From Felis catus (Eukaryota): a stretch of 64,000 bases of DNA. Within the stretch, counting starts at the first letter, position 1, and each line of letters starts with the position of its first letter. The notes under the pieces are model-generated. The model had not been told where the DNA came from and did not search any database. It saw nothing but the letters and a program-made list of their open reading frames with translations. Positions 1 to 12,843 of this stretch are shown here, one piece after another. The stretch spans positions 215,638,001-215,702,000 of the forward strand of contig NC_058368.1 in assembly GCF_018350175.1 (NCBI RefSeq). The letters run 5' to 3'. Position numbers and translations under genes: made by a program.

Positions 1-409
1 TTTTCCACTCAAAATCATACTTTGTGCCATCAATAGTGTTAGTGGTACAGCATTAATTTAATAAAATGTGTTATAGTATCTCTGAGGTTTTTTCCCCCAA
101 TACATTGATCTCTGTTCCCCCAAGTTTTAAGAAACTTCTTTTTCATCTCATCTAAAGGTGACAATGAAAGCTTTGCAGAATGGAAGAGAAGACCCGTGTT
201 CTTTCTTCAAATGATTTTTAAATTATTACTGACTGAGACTTCAAAAGACTGAGGGTGACTAGTCATGCTAACAGAAATAATTAGGTTCATCCTTGTGCAG
301 GCTCTGACAACCAGTGTCATTTTAAATACCACCTAGCCAATGACAATTGCAGTGTGTCACTGAACGTCAAACATGTCTTACCTACATCCACATAAAAATA
401 TGGGAAGAT

Positions 410-616
410 GGAGCACCTGGGAAGCTCAGTCAATTAGGCATCCAACACTTGATTTGGCTCAGGGCATGATATCATGGATTGTGAGTTCAAGCCCCATAAT
501 GGGCTCTGTATGGACAATGCAGAGACTGCTTGGGATTCTCTCTCTCCCTCTCTTTCTCTGCCCCTCCCCTGCTGTTCTCTCTCTCTCTTTCAAAATAAAG
601 AAACAAACTTTAAAAA
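410..616 (+). mobile_element. CAN-SINE (SINEC, older type)
   Basis: tRNA-like head GAGCACCTGG-GAAGCTCAGTC, B-box-like GAGTTCAAGCCC, (CT)n tract, A-rich tail. Confidence 0.93.
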
Positions 617-699
617 TATATGAGCAGATAAGGATCTTATAACTGAGGTAATATGTAATTAAGACTTCAGAAGGAAAAATATTAAAAATAATTATTTTA

Positions 700-930
700 T
701 TTTATTATTTTTTAATGTTTATTTAGTTTTGAGAGAGAGATAGAAAGAGACAGAGAGACAGAGTGCCAGCCTGGGAGGGGCAGAGAGAGAGGGAGACACA
801 GAATCTGAAGCAGGCTCCAGGCTCTGAGCTGTCAGCACAGAGTCCGACGCAGGACTCGAACCCACGAACTGTGAGATCATGACCTGAGCTGAAGTCGGAC
901 GCTTAACTGCCTGAGCCACCCAGGCGCCCC
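700..930 (-). mobile_element. CAN-SINE (SINEC_Fc-like)
   Basis: Reverse head ...GAGCCACCCAGGCGCCCC; 17-bp TSD TAAAAATAATTATTTTA at 683-699 and 931-947. Confidence 0.97.
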
Positions 931-2104
931 TAAAAATAATTATTTTAATATTACTTTAAGTATAAATTATTCAAGAGCTTTTTTATTTGCCTTATCTTTA
1001 AAATCCATTATTACGTGCATAAAATTAATGTATATTATTCAATACATATTTTTGTGTAAATATATTCATATTTATAGATGTTTGTGTGAGTTTGTATATG
1101 TGTATGTATATGTGTAAAATAATTAACTCTATAGAAAATTATGTTTACTTGTCCCATGTTTTCCAATGCCATACTGTGGATCTGGTCAAGAGCATAGGAA
1201 TAGATCTCTAAGTATTCAATTTCCTGTAAAAGTTTAATTTTTTATCACCATCAGTGAAATTTTGATGCCAGTCTTTTTCTCTAGTCTCATGAAATCAACT
1301 TGTTTCCAAAAGCTATGAGCTCTGTTCAATATGAAATTCCAACACAGTATATCACTTAAGAACATGATAGATATTCACAAGATGAACATTAAGGGAATGT
1401 GATTGCCTAGATTTGGTTTGGTGTTACCAGTAGACAGATGGGGAGGTGTTATTAGCATGCGGTGGTGAATGGATTTATTCTATACTCAATGAAAAGACAA
1501 CTTTGACACAATAGTGACAGTTTTCAAGGCCTATTCCTTCAAATTTGCTGTTCTACCCCATAGGCTCTATCTTCTTTTTTTGATACTTATCTGTATAGGT
1601 TCATGACTGGTCCCTTTTCTGTTTCTCTAAAAATCTTTTGATGGTTGGTTCAAGGTCTTCTGAACTTATCTCCTCTGATAAAACCATCTGCAGCTACGTA
1701 TGTAATTCTCTCATAAAATGATCTGAAAACTAGCTGAACAGTACCTCCACAACAAAGGATAAAAGGGTCGCGCTGAGATGGGTTGGGACATAGTCTTGCA
1801 AGAAACTCCAACCCAAGTTCAGTGAACCACAGTTGGGAGAGATGCTGTAGCACAGAATTTGTCACTGGGAAATGAGGGATTTGTGCTCCACATCAGACAG
1901 CCATACATACCCTTGGGAATTGCACCAGAGAAAAGAGACACCAAAGCTCTTGAAAGGAAAACTATAGGGATATAGGGAATAAAAAAAAAATAAAAATAAA
2001 AATAAACACTTCCTTTGAAGAGCCCCCCCACAGACCTATTTTCCCATCATCCATAATAAAGAAACAGTCTGAAAGGTTCTTGGAACATATGTGACAGAAA
2101 CTCA

Positions 2105-2323
2105 TTTATTTATCATTTATTTAAATGTTTATTTTTGAGAAAGAGAGAGAGAGAGAGCGTGAGCATGAATGAGGGAGGGGCAGGGAGAGAGAGAGACAGA
2201 GGATCTGAAGTGGGCTCTGTACTGACAGCAGAGAACCCTATGTGGGGCTTGAACTTATGAACCATGAGATCATGACCTAAGCCAAAGTAGGACGATCAAC
2301 TGACTTACCCATCCAGGTGACCC
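2105..2323 (-). mobile_element. CAN-SINE inside the L1 5'UTR
   Basis: (GA)n tract, reverse tRNA-like head, degenerate TSD TGACAGAAA(C/T)TCA on both sides. Confidence 0.93.
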
Positions 2324-3771
2324 ATGACAGAAATTCACTTTTTAAAGCATCTGATAGTGAAGCAGAAACCTGTTGGGATTCTCTCTGGGGACAGAGGGGC
2401 TGGCAGTCACCAAGTTTGCATTGTCCCTCTGTCTTGTTGGAGTGGGCATCATTTTCACACATGCCACTAGGTTGCTAGGCCTGGTGGGAGCATCCTACCT
2501 CTACACACTGCAGTTGAGGCCTAACCTGCCACAACTGGACCAGCTGAGTGCCCCATCCTTCCTGCCACGGCTGTAGCCAACCCTGCCACAGCCAACAGGC
2601 ACATAATGCCCTTACAGAATATACCCCTTGAACACCTGGCTCTGGTAACCAGAAGGGCTGCCTTTCCGGGCCTCATGGATCTGAAACAATTAGAGAGAGA
2701 ATCCTTGGCAGGCTACCAACTACCACTCGCACAAAGAATAAAGTGAAAAAACTCCCCAGTCTTCATGTGAAAAAGTCACTTTCTTTTCTTGAAGCTTCAT
2801 CCCAAGGACAAGGCTTTAGGTTTGCCACACATTCAGAGGCTACAGAAGTGCTCCCAAGGGAACATGGGCCAGGAGACATGGCACACTCCCTTCGCCTCAC
2901 TACAACTTGCTGATACCTCCAAGAAAGGATCTTATATGGATGTATAAGGCTATAAGTATATCAATTCTCACACACAGGACACTTCCAGATATACTGGTCT
3001 GGAAATAAGACAATTTTATAATTGGAGGCCTACCAGACTGTATATTCATTTACCTTAAGCTGCTACCTGACAATCTGGCTAACGATTAACCTGAAATTAG
3101 GCACATCTAAAGATCCTTCCTCCTGGAACACTGACAAGTTTTGGCGCACCCTTAACAATGGGAAAGTATCAAGAATAAATCAGGCTACTTAGAAAATCAT
3201 GAAGGCCCAAGAAATATCAAAAGCTAGGGCAGGGTTTCCTTCTCCTACAGAAGTCCACTCCTTCAAGATCAGAAGAAATAGCTATTTTGCATCTTACACA
3301 GCAAGTACAGAGACTCAGGCAAAAGAAGACAAAGGAGTGTATTCCAAATTAAGGCACAAGAAAAATCCTCAGAAAACAATGTAATGAAACAGAGAAAGGT
3401 AATGTACCTGATAAAGGGTTCAAAGTAGTGTCATGAAGAAGCTCACTGAACTCAGGGGAATGGATGTACATAGTGAGATTCTCAAAAAAGAGAATACATA
3501 AGAAAACCAGAGTTCACAGAGCTGAAGAATACCAATGGCTGAACTTAAAAATATGCTAAAGGGGTTCAACAGCAGAATAGCAAAAGTAGATCAGATCAAT
3601 AAGCTGGAAGATAAAGCAATAAAATTCACCTAGACATCAGCAAAAAGAAAAATAATTTTAAAAAGTGAAGATGGCTTACAGGGACTATGGGACAACATCA
3701 AGCATAACATCTGCATAATAGGGGGTCCCAGGAGGAGAAGACCGAGAAGGAGGTAGAAAAATTACTTAAAG

Positions 3772-3995
3772 GGGGCGCCAGGGTGGCGCAGTCGGTTAAG
3801 CATCCGACTTCAGCCAGGTCACGATCTCGTGGTCCGGGAGTTCGAGCCCCGCGTCGGGCTCTGGGCTGATGGCTCAGAGCCTGGAGCCTGTTTCCGATTC
3901 TGTGTCTCCCTCTCTCTCTGCCCCTCCCCTGTTCATGCTCTGTCTCTGTCCCAAAAATAAATAAAAACGTTGAAAAAAAAATAAAAAAGAAAAAA
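3772..3995 (+). mobile_element. Young SINEC_Fc
   Basis: CpG-rich near-consensus body; perfect 17-bp TSD AGAAAAATTACTTAAAG at 3755-3771 and 3996-4012. Confidence 0.98.
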
Positions 3996-5681
3996 AGAAA
4001 AATTACTTAAAGAACTACTTGCCGAAAATTTTCTTAACATGTGAGAGAAACAGACTTCAGGTCCAGGAAGCAAAGAGAATTCCACATAAGATAAACCCAA
4101 AAAGATCCACACCAAGACACATTATAATTAAAATGTCAAAAGGTAAAGATAAAAAGAAAATATTGAAAGTAGTAAGAGAAAAACAATAATTACTTTCAAT
4201 GTAAATGAGCTGAATTCTCCAATCACAATACCAAGTGACTAAATGGATTACAACAACAACAACAAAACAAACAGAACCAAAAAAAAAAACCCTTCTATAT
4301 GCTGCCTACAAGAGTCACTTCAGATCTAAGGACATACAAAGACTAAAAATGAAAGGATGGGAAAAAATATTCCATGAAAATGGGAGGGACATAAAGTTAG
4401 TGTAGCTATACTTCTATCAGAAAACAAAAACAAAAATGAAACATACAAAAATGAATTACACAATAATAAAGAGATAAATCTAACAAGAAGATATAACATT
4501 TATAAACAAGTATGCATCCAGTATAGGAGAACCTAAATATACAGAGCAGATATTAACAAACCTAAAAGAAGATAACTACAGCAAAACAACAATAGGACAC
4601 TTTAACGATGCACTTATATCAGTGAATAGCTTATTCAGAGAGAAAATTCAATAAAGAAAATTTGGCCTTAAACAACATATTAGACCAGATGGTCTTAGAT
4701 ATAGAGAGTAATCCACCCAAAAACAGAATTCACAATATCTTCTTCTACGCATGTAATATTATCCAGGATAGACCATATGTTAGGATACAAAACAAATCTC
4801 AGCATATATAAGAAGACTAAAATTATATCATTCATCTTCTTTGAACATATTGGTATAAAAGGAGAAATCAAGTACAGGGAAAAAAAACTGGAAAAATCAC
4901 AAACATGAGATTAAACAACCTGCTTCTTCATAATCACTGGGTCAATGAATAAATCAAAGGAGAAATAAAAAAAATCTGTAGACAAATGAAAATGGGCATA
5001 GGACATTTATAAATCTATTGGATGCAGCAAAAGCAGTTTTAAGAGGAAAGTTATAGGCTATAGGTGTACCTCAAGAAACAAAACTACCTCAACAATCTAA
5101 CTCTACTAGAAAACTAGTTCTACTAGGAACTAGAAAAAACAAAGCCCAAAGATAATGCAAGGAAATAAAAATCAAAGAAAAATAAATAAAACTAACAAGA
5201 CAATAGCAAAGGTCATTGAAACTAAGTGATTCTTCAAAAAGATAAAATTGTAAAATCTTTGTTTTGTGTCAAGTTTTTATTTAAATTCAAGTTGGCTAAC
5301 ATATAATGTAATATTGGTTTCGGGTGTAGAATTTAGTGATTATCACTTACAAATAACACCAGTGCTGGTCACAAGTGCCCCCTTTAATACCCATCACTCA
5401 TTTAATCCATTCCCTCACCCACCTCCCCTCCATGAAGTCTCAGTTTATTCTCTATAGTTAAGAGTCTCCTAAATTTTGCCTCCTGTCTTATATTTTTTCC
5501 TCTTCCCCAATGTTTGTCTGTTTTATTTCTTAAATTTCACAAATGAGTGAAATCATGTGTTATTTATCTTTCTCTGCCTGATATTTCACTTAGCATAATA
5601 TAATCTAGCCCCATCTAGGTCATTGAAAATAGCAGGATTTTATTCTTTTTGATGGCTGAATAATATTCCATTATATGTATT

Positions 5682-5790
5682 TATATATGTGTGTGTGTGT
5701 ACATATATATATATATATATATATGTTTATGTATAAGGCCAAATTTTCCTTATTGAATTTTCTCTATAAATAAATAAAGAAATAAAGAAA

Positions 5791-5833
<43 letters not shown>

Positions 5834-5835
5834 AC
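5682..5835. repeat. Compound microsatellite (TG)n(TA)n ... (CA)n
   Basis: Read directly. Confidence 0.9.
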
Positions 5836-5836
5836 C

Positions 5837-6017
5837 TTTTTAATAAATGTTTATTTATTTTGAGGGAGAGCAGAGTGAGGGGGAGAGAGAGCCCAACCAG
5901 GTTCCTCACTGTCAGCCCAGCCCCTTATGCGAGTCTTAATCTCACAGACCATGAGATCATGACATGAGCCAAAATCAAGAGTCAGACGTTTAACTTACTG
6001 AGGCACCAGGGTGCCCC
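5837..6017 (-). mobile_element. CAN-SINE inside the nested L1
   Basis: Reverse head ...CCAGGGTGCCCC and CATGAGATCATGACATGAGCC core. Confidence 0.92.
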
Positions 6018-7549
6018 TAGACCACTTCTTTATTTACTCATCAGTTGATGGACAATTGAGCTGTTTCCATAGTTTGACTATTGTTTATAATGCTCCCATA
6101 AACATTGGGGTGCATGTGCCCCTTCGAATCAATATTTTTGTAACCGTTATGCAAATGCCTAGTAATGCAATTGGCTGCATCATAGCATAGCTCTATTTTT
6201 AACTTTGTGAGGAACCTCCAACCTGTTTTCCACAGTGGCTGCACCTTTTTGGATTCTCACCAACAGTGTTAAGAGGGTTTCCCTTTCTCCACATCCTTAC
6301 CAGCTTATGTTGTTTCCTGTGTTGTTACTTTTAGCCATTCTGACAGGGGTGAGGTGGTATCTCATTGTGGTTTTGGTTTATAGTTCCCTGATGATGAGTG
6401 ATGCCGAGCATCTTTTCATGTGTCTGTTAGCTATCTGCAGCTCTTCTTGGAAAAATGTCTACTCATGTCTTCTGCCCATTTTGTCACTAGATTATGTGTT
6501 TTCCTGGGCAAAGAGTGTGCTTTATAGATTTTTGGATGCTAACCCTTTATCAGATATGTTATCTGCAAGTATCTGTTCCCATTCTGTAGGTTGTCTTTTA
6601 GTTTTGTTGATTGTTTCTGTCACTGTTCAGAAGCTTTTTATCTTGATAAGGTCCTGTCAATTTATTTTTGCTTTTGTTTCTGTAGCCTCCAGAGACGTAT
6701 CTAGTAAGAAGTTGCTGTGGCTGATGTCAAAGAGGTTGCTGGCTATGTTGTCCTGTAGGATTTTGATGGTTTCCTGTTCCTGTCTCACATTTAGGTCTTT
6801 TATCCATTTTGAATTTATTTTTGTGTATGGTGTAAGAAAGTAGTCCAGGTTCATTCTTCTGTATGTTCCTGTCCAGTTTTCCCTACCATTTGTTGAAAAG
6901 ACTTTTTTCATTGCATATTCTTTCCTGCTTTGTCAAAGATTAATTGCTCATATGTTGTGGGTTCTTTTGTGTGTTTTCTATTCTGTCTCATTGATCTATG
7001 TATCATACTGTCTTGATAACTACAGTTTTGTTATATAGCTGGACGTTTGGAATTATAATGCCTCCAGCTTTGCTTTTATTTTGCAAGATTGCTTTGGCTA
7101 GTCAGGCTTTTTTGCAGTTCCATACAAATTTTAGGATTGTTTGTTCCAGATCTGTGGAAAAATGCTGTTGGTATTTGGATAGGGATTGCATTAAATGTGT
7201 AGATTTCTTTGAGTAGTATAGACAGTTTAGCAATATTTGTTCTTCGAATCTATAAACATGGAATGCTTTTCCATTTCTTTGTGTCTTCTACAATTTCTTT
7301 CATAAGTGTTCTATGGTTTTCAGAGTACTTCCTTGGTTGGGTTGATTCTCATGTATCTATGGTTTTTGGTGCAATTTTAAGCAGAATCGATTCCTTGATT
7401 TCTCTTTATGCTGCTTCATTTTTGGTGTTTAGAAATGTAAATTTCTGTACGTTGGTTTTGTATCCTGTAACTTTACTGGATTCTTGTGTCAGTTCTAGTA
7501 ATTTGGGGGAGGAGTCTTTGGTTTTCTACGTGGAGTATCATGTTGTCTG

Positions 7550-8232
7550 CCTGCCAAATTTGTGTGGAGACATCTGCTGCTAATCTAATTTGTCTTCCCT
7601 TGTAGGTTAGATATTTCTTTTCCCCTCCTGCTTTCAGAATTCTTTCCTTATCTCTGTATTATGCAAATTTTACTACCATACATCTAGGTGTTGGCCTTTT
7701 GTTGATTTTGGATGGAATTCTCTGCATCTCTTGGATTTGGATGTCTGTTTCCTTCCCCAGTTTAGGGATGTTTTCAGCAATAATTTGCTCAAATAAATCT
7801 TCTGCCCCCTTTTCCCTCTTCTTCTTCTTCATACAAATGTTATTACACTTTATGGAGTACTGAATTCTCTTTGTCTATATCAGGATCCAGTATTTTTCTT
7901 CCTTCTTTTCAGCTCCATTATTTTCCATAATTTATCGTTACATCACTAACTTGTTACTTTGCTTCTTCCAACCTTCTGGTTATTAATGTAGTCAGTGTCT
8001 CATCTTGGTTATAGCATTTCTTCACTTTGGAATGACTAGTTTTTAGGTCTTTTATCTCTGTGGTAAAGAACTGCTTGGTGTCTTCTACGTTTTTCTCAAA
8101 CCCAGCTAATATCCATATGATTGTTGTTTTAAATTCTGGTTGAAGCTTATTACTTATATCTCTTTCAATTGGGTCCTTGGCCATGACCTCTTCTTGTACT
8201 TTCTTTTGGGATGAATTCCTCCATATTGGCAT
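7550..8232 (-). pseudogene. L1 ORF1p relic (N-terminus, coiled coil, part of RRM)
   Basis: WRNSSQKKVQEEVMAKDPIERDISNKLQPEFKTTIIWILAGFEK and [16 protein letters not shown] resemble carnivore ORF1p; frameshifts and stops present. Confidence 0.85.
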
Positions 8233-9437
8233 TTTGTCTAGGCTCTGTCTTCTGTGTGTTAGGAAAGCCTGTTATGTTTCCTGCTCGTGAGAGTAATGCT
8301 TATATACTGTCCAGGGTATGGTGTTCAGGAAGTGTTTCTGGTTCTGCACTTTGCTGTTGTGTTATGGTTGCTCATTTCCTCAGGTCAGACCTTTGCAGAA
8401 TTTCTCCTTGCTTGTTGTGGGTAGTGTTTGGACCTTGCCCAGTATGTGGAAAGTTTTAACTATGTGTGTTTTGGTCTGCTTGTTAAAGACTCTGGATTCT
8501 ACTTCCCCTTGAGCTGAAGGTTTGCAGCACTCTATGGTTAGTAGACTTGGGGTGGGATAGGGATGGAGTTGTGCTGGTCTTCTGGGGGAGTGGCCCGTTG
8601 CTGCTCTCTCAGGCACATTGGCCCTAGTTCAGAAGAAGCTGAAGAGCACAGGGGGATGGGGTTTGGTGTCAGTGGCTCAAGCCTCCACTGTGTGGTGCAC
8701 TGAAGTCCCTCCATACTGATGAGCAGGGTAAAGTTAATGTCAGCCAGGTCTCTCTCATCCGTGGAGACAGGAGTTCCCATTTGCTACTCTTCAGGAAGCC
8801 CTCACAGAAGAGCGAACAATCTCGCCTAATTTGTTCCAGGCATCCCCCAGATCCCTGCCTTCACCCTGTCAATGTCTGAGTCATCTCCCCACCCAGCCAT
8901 GAAGTGTTCCTGTGTTTAGTCTAAGGTGCATTGGCTGTGTTTCAAAATTCCAAATTTTAGGGACCCAGCACAGTATGTGACCATGCTGATCCTTTGGAGA
9001 GAAGTCTCACTGTTTTGTGACTGGTGCTAGTTTGTTTGTTTGTTTTTTATTTTTTATTTTTTTACTTTTGCTTATTTATTTTGGTGTGGCAAAAAGCTGG
9101 TATCTAGATTAGCTGCCCTCAGCTGGAGCTTCTGTTCCTATGCCACCTCTCCCAAATGCACTCCAAGAAGGGGATCGGTCTCTCCTAGTGCTACCCAGGG
9201 GATCCTTGGACCATGCTGTCTGTGCTCCTGGGCCTGTGCCCTCCTTTCTCTATAGGAACACTAAGACACCCATCAGGCTCCACCCTGGTGTTGATGCAGC
9301 CTTCTGCAACTTCAACCTTAGGGCCCCACTGCTTGTAAAAATGTGCAATTATCAGCCCCTCTTGTTTTTTCCAATAACGGTTTGGGGGAAGTGTTTTCCT
9401 TGTGCGATGATCTGCACCTCCCTCCCTCCCTCTCTCT

Positions 9438-9440
<3 letters not shown>

Positions 9441-9490
<50 letters not shown>
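9441..9490. repeat. (TC)25 microsatellite in the L1 5'UTR
   Basis: Read directly. Confidence 0.95.
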
Positions 9491-9492
<2 letters not shown>

Positions 9493-9961
9493 CCCTCTCT
9501 TGACAATCAGTGCTATCTCCCCTCCACAGCACCCGTGATTCTTTTCTCCTCTAAATCACATCTCTGTAATTCCTGTCTTCCATGACATGGCCTCTTTTCT
9601 TCTAGTTGTACAGCTTGTGCTCTTAGTTCTGGATTGATTTCCTGAGTATTCAGAATGATTTGATATTTGTCTAGCTGTGTTTGAGGGTTGAGGTGAGCAT
9701 AGCATCCTCCTATTACTTTACTATCTTAACTCCACCCCAAAGTTGATACATTTAGCTAGATCACCAAGAAAAAAATGGCTCTAATGAAATAAGTAATGAA
9801 AGAAGTTACAATTGATACCACAGAAATACAAAGGTTTATGAAAGATTAGTATGAACAATTGTATGACAACAAATTGGACAATCTGGAGGAAATGGATAAA
9901 TACCTAGTAACACACATTCTTCCAAGACGGAAATCATGAAGAAATAGAAAATGTAAATAGA

Positions 9962-10182
9962 GGGGTGTCTGGGTGGTTCAGTCAGTTAAGTGTCTGACTT
10001 CAGCTCAGGTCACGATCTCGCGGACTGTGAGTTCAAGCCCCGCGTTGGGCTCTGTGCTGACAGCTCAGAGCCTGGAGCCTGTTTCAGATTCTGTGTCTCC
10101 CTCTCTCTCTCACCCTCCCCCCGTTCAGGTTCTGTCTCTGTCTCAAAAATAAATAAACGTTAAAAAAAGTAAAAAGTAAAGA
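9962..10182 (+). mobile_element. CAN-SINE (SINEC_Fc-like)
   Basis: Full head, body and tail; TSD AGAAA(A/G)TGTAAATAGA at 9946-9961 and 10183-10198. Confidence 0.96.
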
Positions 10183-12827
10183 AGAAAGTGTAAATAGATT
10201 ACTAGAAAACTGAAGTAGTAATCACAAATATCCCAACAAATAAAAGTTCAGGACCAGATACCTTCACTTTTATTCTACCAGATATTCAAAGAGATTTAAT
10301 ACCCATCTTCCCAAACTCTTCCAAAAACTGAAGAGGAACAAAAGCTTCCATACTGGTTTTATGAGTCCAGCATTACCTTAGTGCCTAAACCACACTAGGA
10401 AACAGCAAAAATACAGGTCAATATTAATAATTTATAGATGCAAAAATCTTATTCATGATAAGACCTCACCAAAGTGAGTGTAATGGAAACATACCTCAAT
10501 ATAATAAATTACATTTACAGCAAGCCCACATCTGATACCACGTGGAATAGTAAAAGCTGAAAATTTCCTTTATGATCAGGAATAAGACAAGGATGGTCAC
10601 TTTTGCCACTTTTGTTCAATGTAGTATTGGAAGTCTTAGCCACCGCAATTAGGTAAGAAAAATAAAGCCATCTAAATCAGGAAGGGGGAATTAAATTTTT
10701 CACTATTTGCAGATGATGTTTCACCAAAGATGTGAAAAACCTATACATGGAAAACTATAAGACACTGATGGAATAAATTGAAGAAGACACAAATAAATGG
10801 AAAGATATTGCATGCTGATGGATTAGAGGAATTAACATTTTTCAAAATGTCCATACAACCTAAAGGAATCTACAACTTGAGTACAATCCTTATCAAAGTT
10901 CCAGTGGCATTTTCCACAGAACTAGAATAAATAATTATAAAAATCTATGGAATCACAAAATACCCTGAATAGACAAAGTGATGTTGAGAAAGAACAAATT
11001 TGGAGGTATCATGCTTCCTGATTTCAAACTATAATACAAAGCTATAGTAATCAAAATAACATGGGGTTGCCATACAAGCTGACACATAGATCAACAGAAC
11101 AGAATAGAAAGACCAGAAATAAACTGACACATATATAATAAATTAGGATACAGCATATAATGGGGACACACACATATGGTAAATTAATTTACACCGCAAG
11201 ACACAAAACTATACAATGGGGAAAGGACAGTCTGAGTAAATGGTGTTGGAAAAACAATAGCCATATGCAAAAGAAGGTAATTAGACCAATGCCTTACACA
11301 CATAAATTAACTCAAAGTGTATTAAAGACTTCAATGTAAAATCTGGATCCATAAAATTCCTACAAAAAATCACAGGCTGTAAACTCACTGAAATTGGTCT
11401 TGATGACTTTTTTTTAGATCAGAGTCTGAAGACAAGGAAAACAACAGCAAAAACAAACAAACAGGGCTACTCCAAACTCCAAAGTTCCACATAGCAAAGG
11501 AAACCATAGACAAAATGAAAAGGTGACCTATTGAAGTAGAGAAGATACTTTCCCCGCTAATATAAGGGGTTAACATCTCAAGTATATAAAGAACTAATCC
11601 AGCTCAACAACAAGTCAAGCAACTGGATTTAAAACAACAAAAAACATGCAGTATCTGAATAGACATTTTTCCAAAGAAGACATACAAAAGGCCAACTGGT
11701 ACATAAAAGTATTTCAAAATCATTAATTATGAGCGAAATGCCAATCAAAACCACAGTGAAACATTACTTGACACTTGTCAAAATAGATATCAAAAAGACA
11801 AGAAAAAACAAGTGTTGGAGAGGATGTGGCAAAAGGGAATCCTTATACTCTGTTGGCAAGACATTGTAAATTGGCACAGTCACTATGGAAAACAGCATGG
11901 AGATCTCTCAAAAAAATCAAACAACATTCTACCAAATGATCCAGCAACTGCCCTTTTGGGTATTTATCCAAAGAATACAAATATACTAATTCAAAAAGAT
12001 AACTGTACCCTTATGTTCATTGCAGTTTATTTACAATGGCCAAGATATAGAAACCACGTAAGTGTCCATCAACAGACGGATGGATAAAGAAAATGTAGTA
12101 TATGTATACACAATGGAATGTTACTCAGCCATAAAGATGAATGAAAACATGCCATTTGTGACAACATGAATGCATCTTTAGGGTATTATACTAAATGAAA
12201 TGTCAGATAAAGAGAATTACCATATGATTTCATACAAATGTGAAATCTAAAAAAACCAAGTAAAATAAACTCATAGATACAGAGAACAGATTGGTGGGAA
12301 AGGGGGAACGGGGGGAAAGGGAGTTGGGAAATGAGTAAAATGGTTTAAGGGCTCAATTGTATAATTATAGATGGTAAGTAGAATTATGTTGGTGATCACT
12401 TTGTAATCTATACAAATATCAAACTATGTGATACATGTGAAACTTATGTTCTCTACCAATTTTACCTAAAAAAGTGACACCCCTCATTTATTAATTTCTA
12501 CTTTAATTTCCAATAAATACACCTTATCTCTCTCTTCTGTATATTTTATCCAATAAGTAAATAGTGGCCCCATGAATTTGAATGTTGTGAATATGAATTA
12601 TGACCAACTCTCCATATGCAGTTCACATTACTTTTCTGAGCTCTACCTTCGCAGATCAAACTCACTGCAGACATGCATCTAGATCTTGTTGAAGAGCTTT
12701 TTTCTCCATATAAGTTTAATTATTGCGTTTCATATTTTCAGGTCTGAATGTTGTAAATGCTATTTCGACAAAGTCTGATAATATTAGACATTTTTCCGTG
12801 ATTAAGTGGCTATGCTTATCTACATAA

Positions 12828-12843
12828 AGGTCAATCGAGGTGA
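12828..12843 (+). promoter_or_regulatory. Near-consensus DR4 nuclear-receptor element (AGGTCA-ATCG-AGGTGA), overlapping an NBRE AAAGGTCA at 12826-12833
   Basis: Motif read directly; function not shown. Confidence 0.35.

Larger units (their letters stand above)
5258..9738 (-). mobile_element. Carnivore LINE-1 (L1_Carn-like), both ends present, large internal deletion, nested antisense in the older L1
   Basis: 5' end GGGGTGGAGTTAAGAT at 9738; 5'UTR about 8233-9738; ORF1 N-terminus; ORF2 3' half ([12 protein letters not shown], 6657-6911 ORF); 3'UTR and T-rich tail near 5258; host ORF2 is continuous across the insertion, with degenerate TSD AAAATTGTAAAATCTTT / AAAGTTGATACATTT. Confidence 0.92.
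1645..12472 (+). mobile_element. Degenerate near-full-length LINE-1 (L1MA9-like), interrupted by a nested L1 and SINEs
   Basis: 5'UTR about 1645-3300; ORF1 relic (IIIKMSKGKDKKKILKVVREKQ near 4121-4186); ORF2 endonuclease start (ITFNVNELNSPI near 4189); ORF2 resumes at 9739; FADD at 10706-10717; C-terminal PNDPATALLGIYPK near 11932; G-rich 3'UTR ending near 12470. Confidence 0.9.

Noticed and set aside
136..260. Acceptor-like TTCTTTTTCATCTCATCTAAAG followed by a short open frame
   Set aside because: Frames close within about 30 codons, the donor is weak and the peptide is not recognisable.
6235..6843. 202-aa hydrophobic ORF resembling a membrane protein
   Set aside because: It is the antisense frame of L1 ORF2, which is T-rich and so encodes Leu/Phe/Val.
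7541..7560. Splicing as the cause of the ORF1-ORF2 junction
   Set aside because: TTTGCAG at FADD is acceptor-like, but as I recall the ORF1 consensus has no GT donor at the join; a short GC/CAGA microhomology explains it better.
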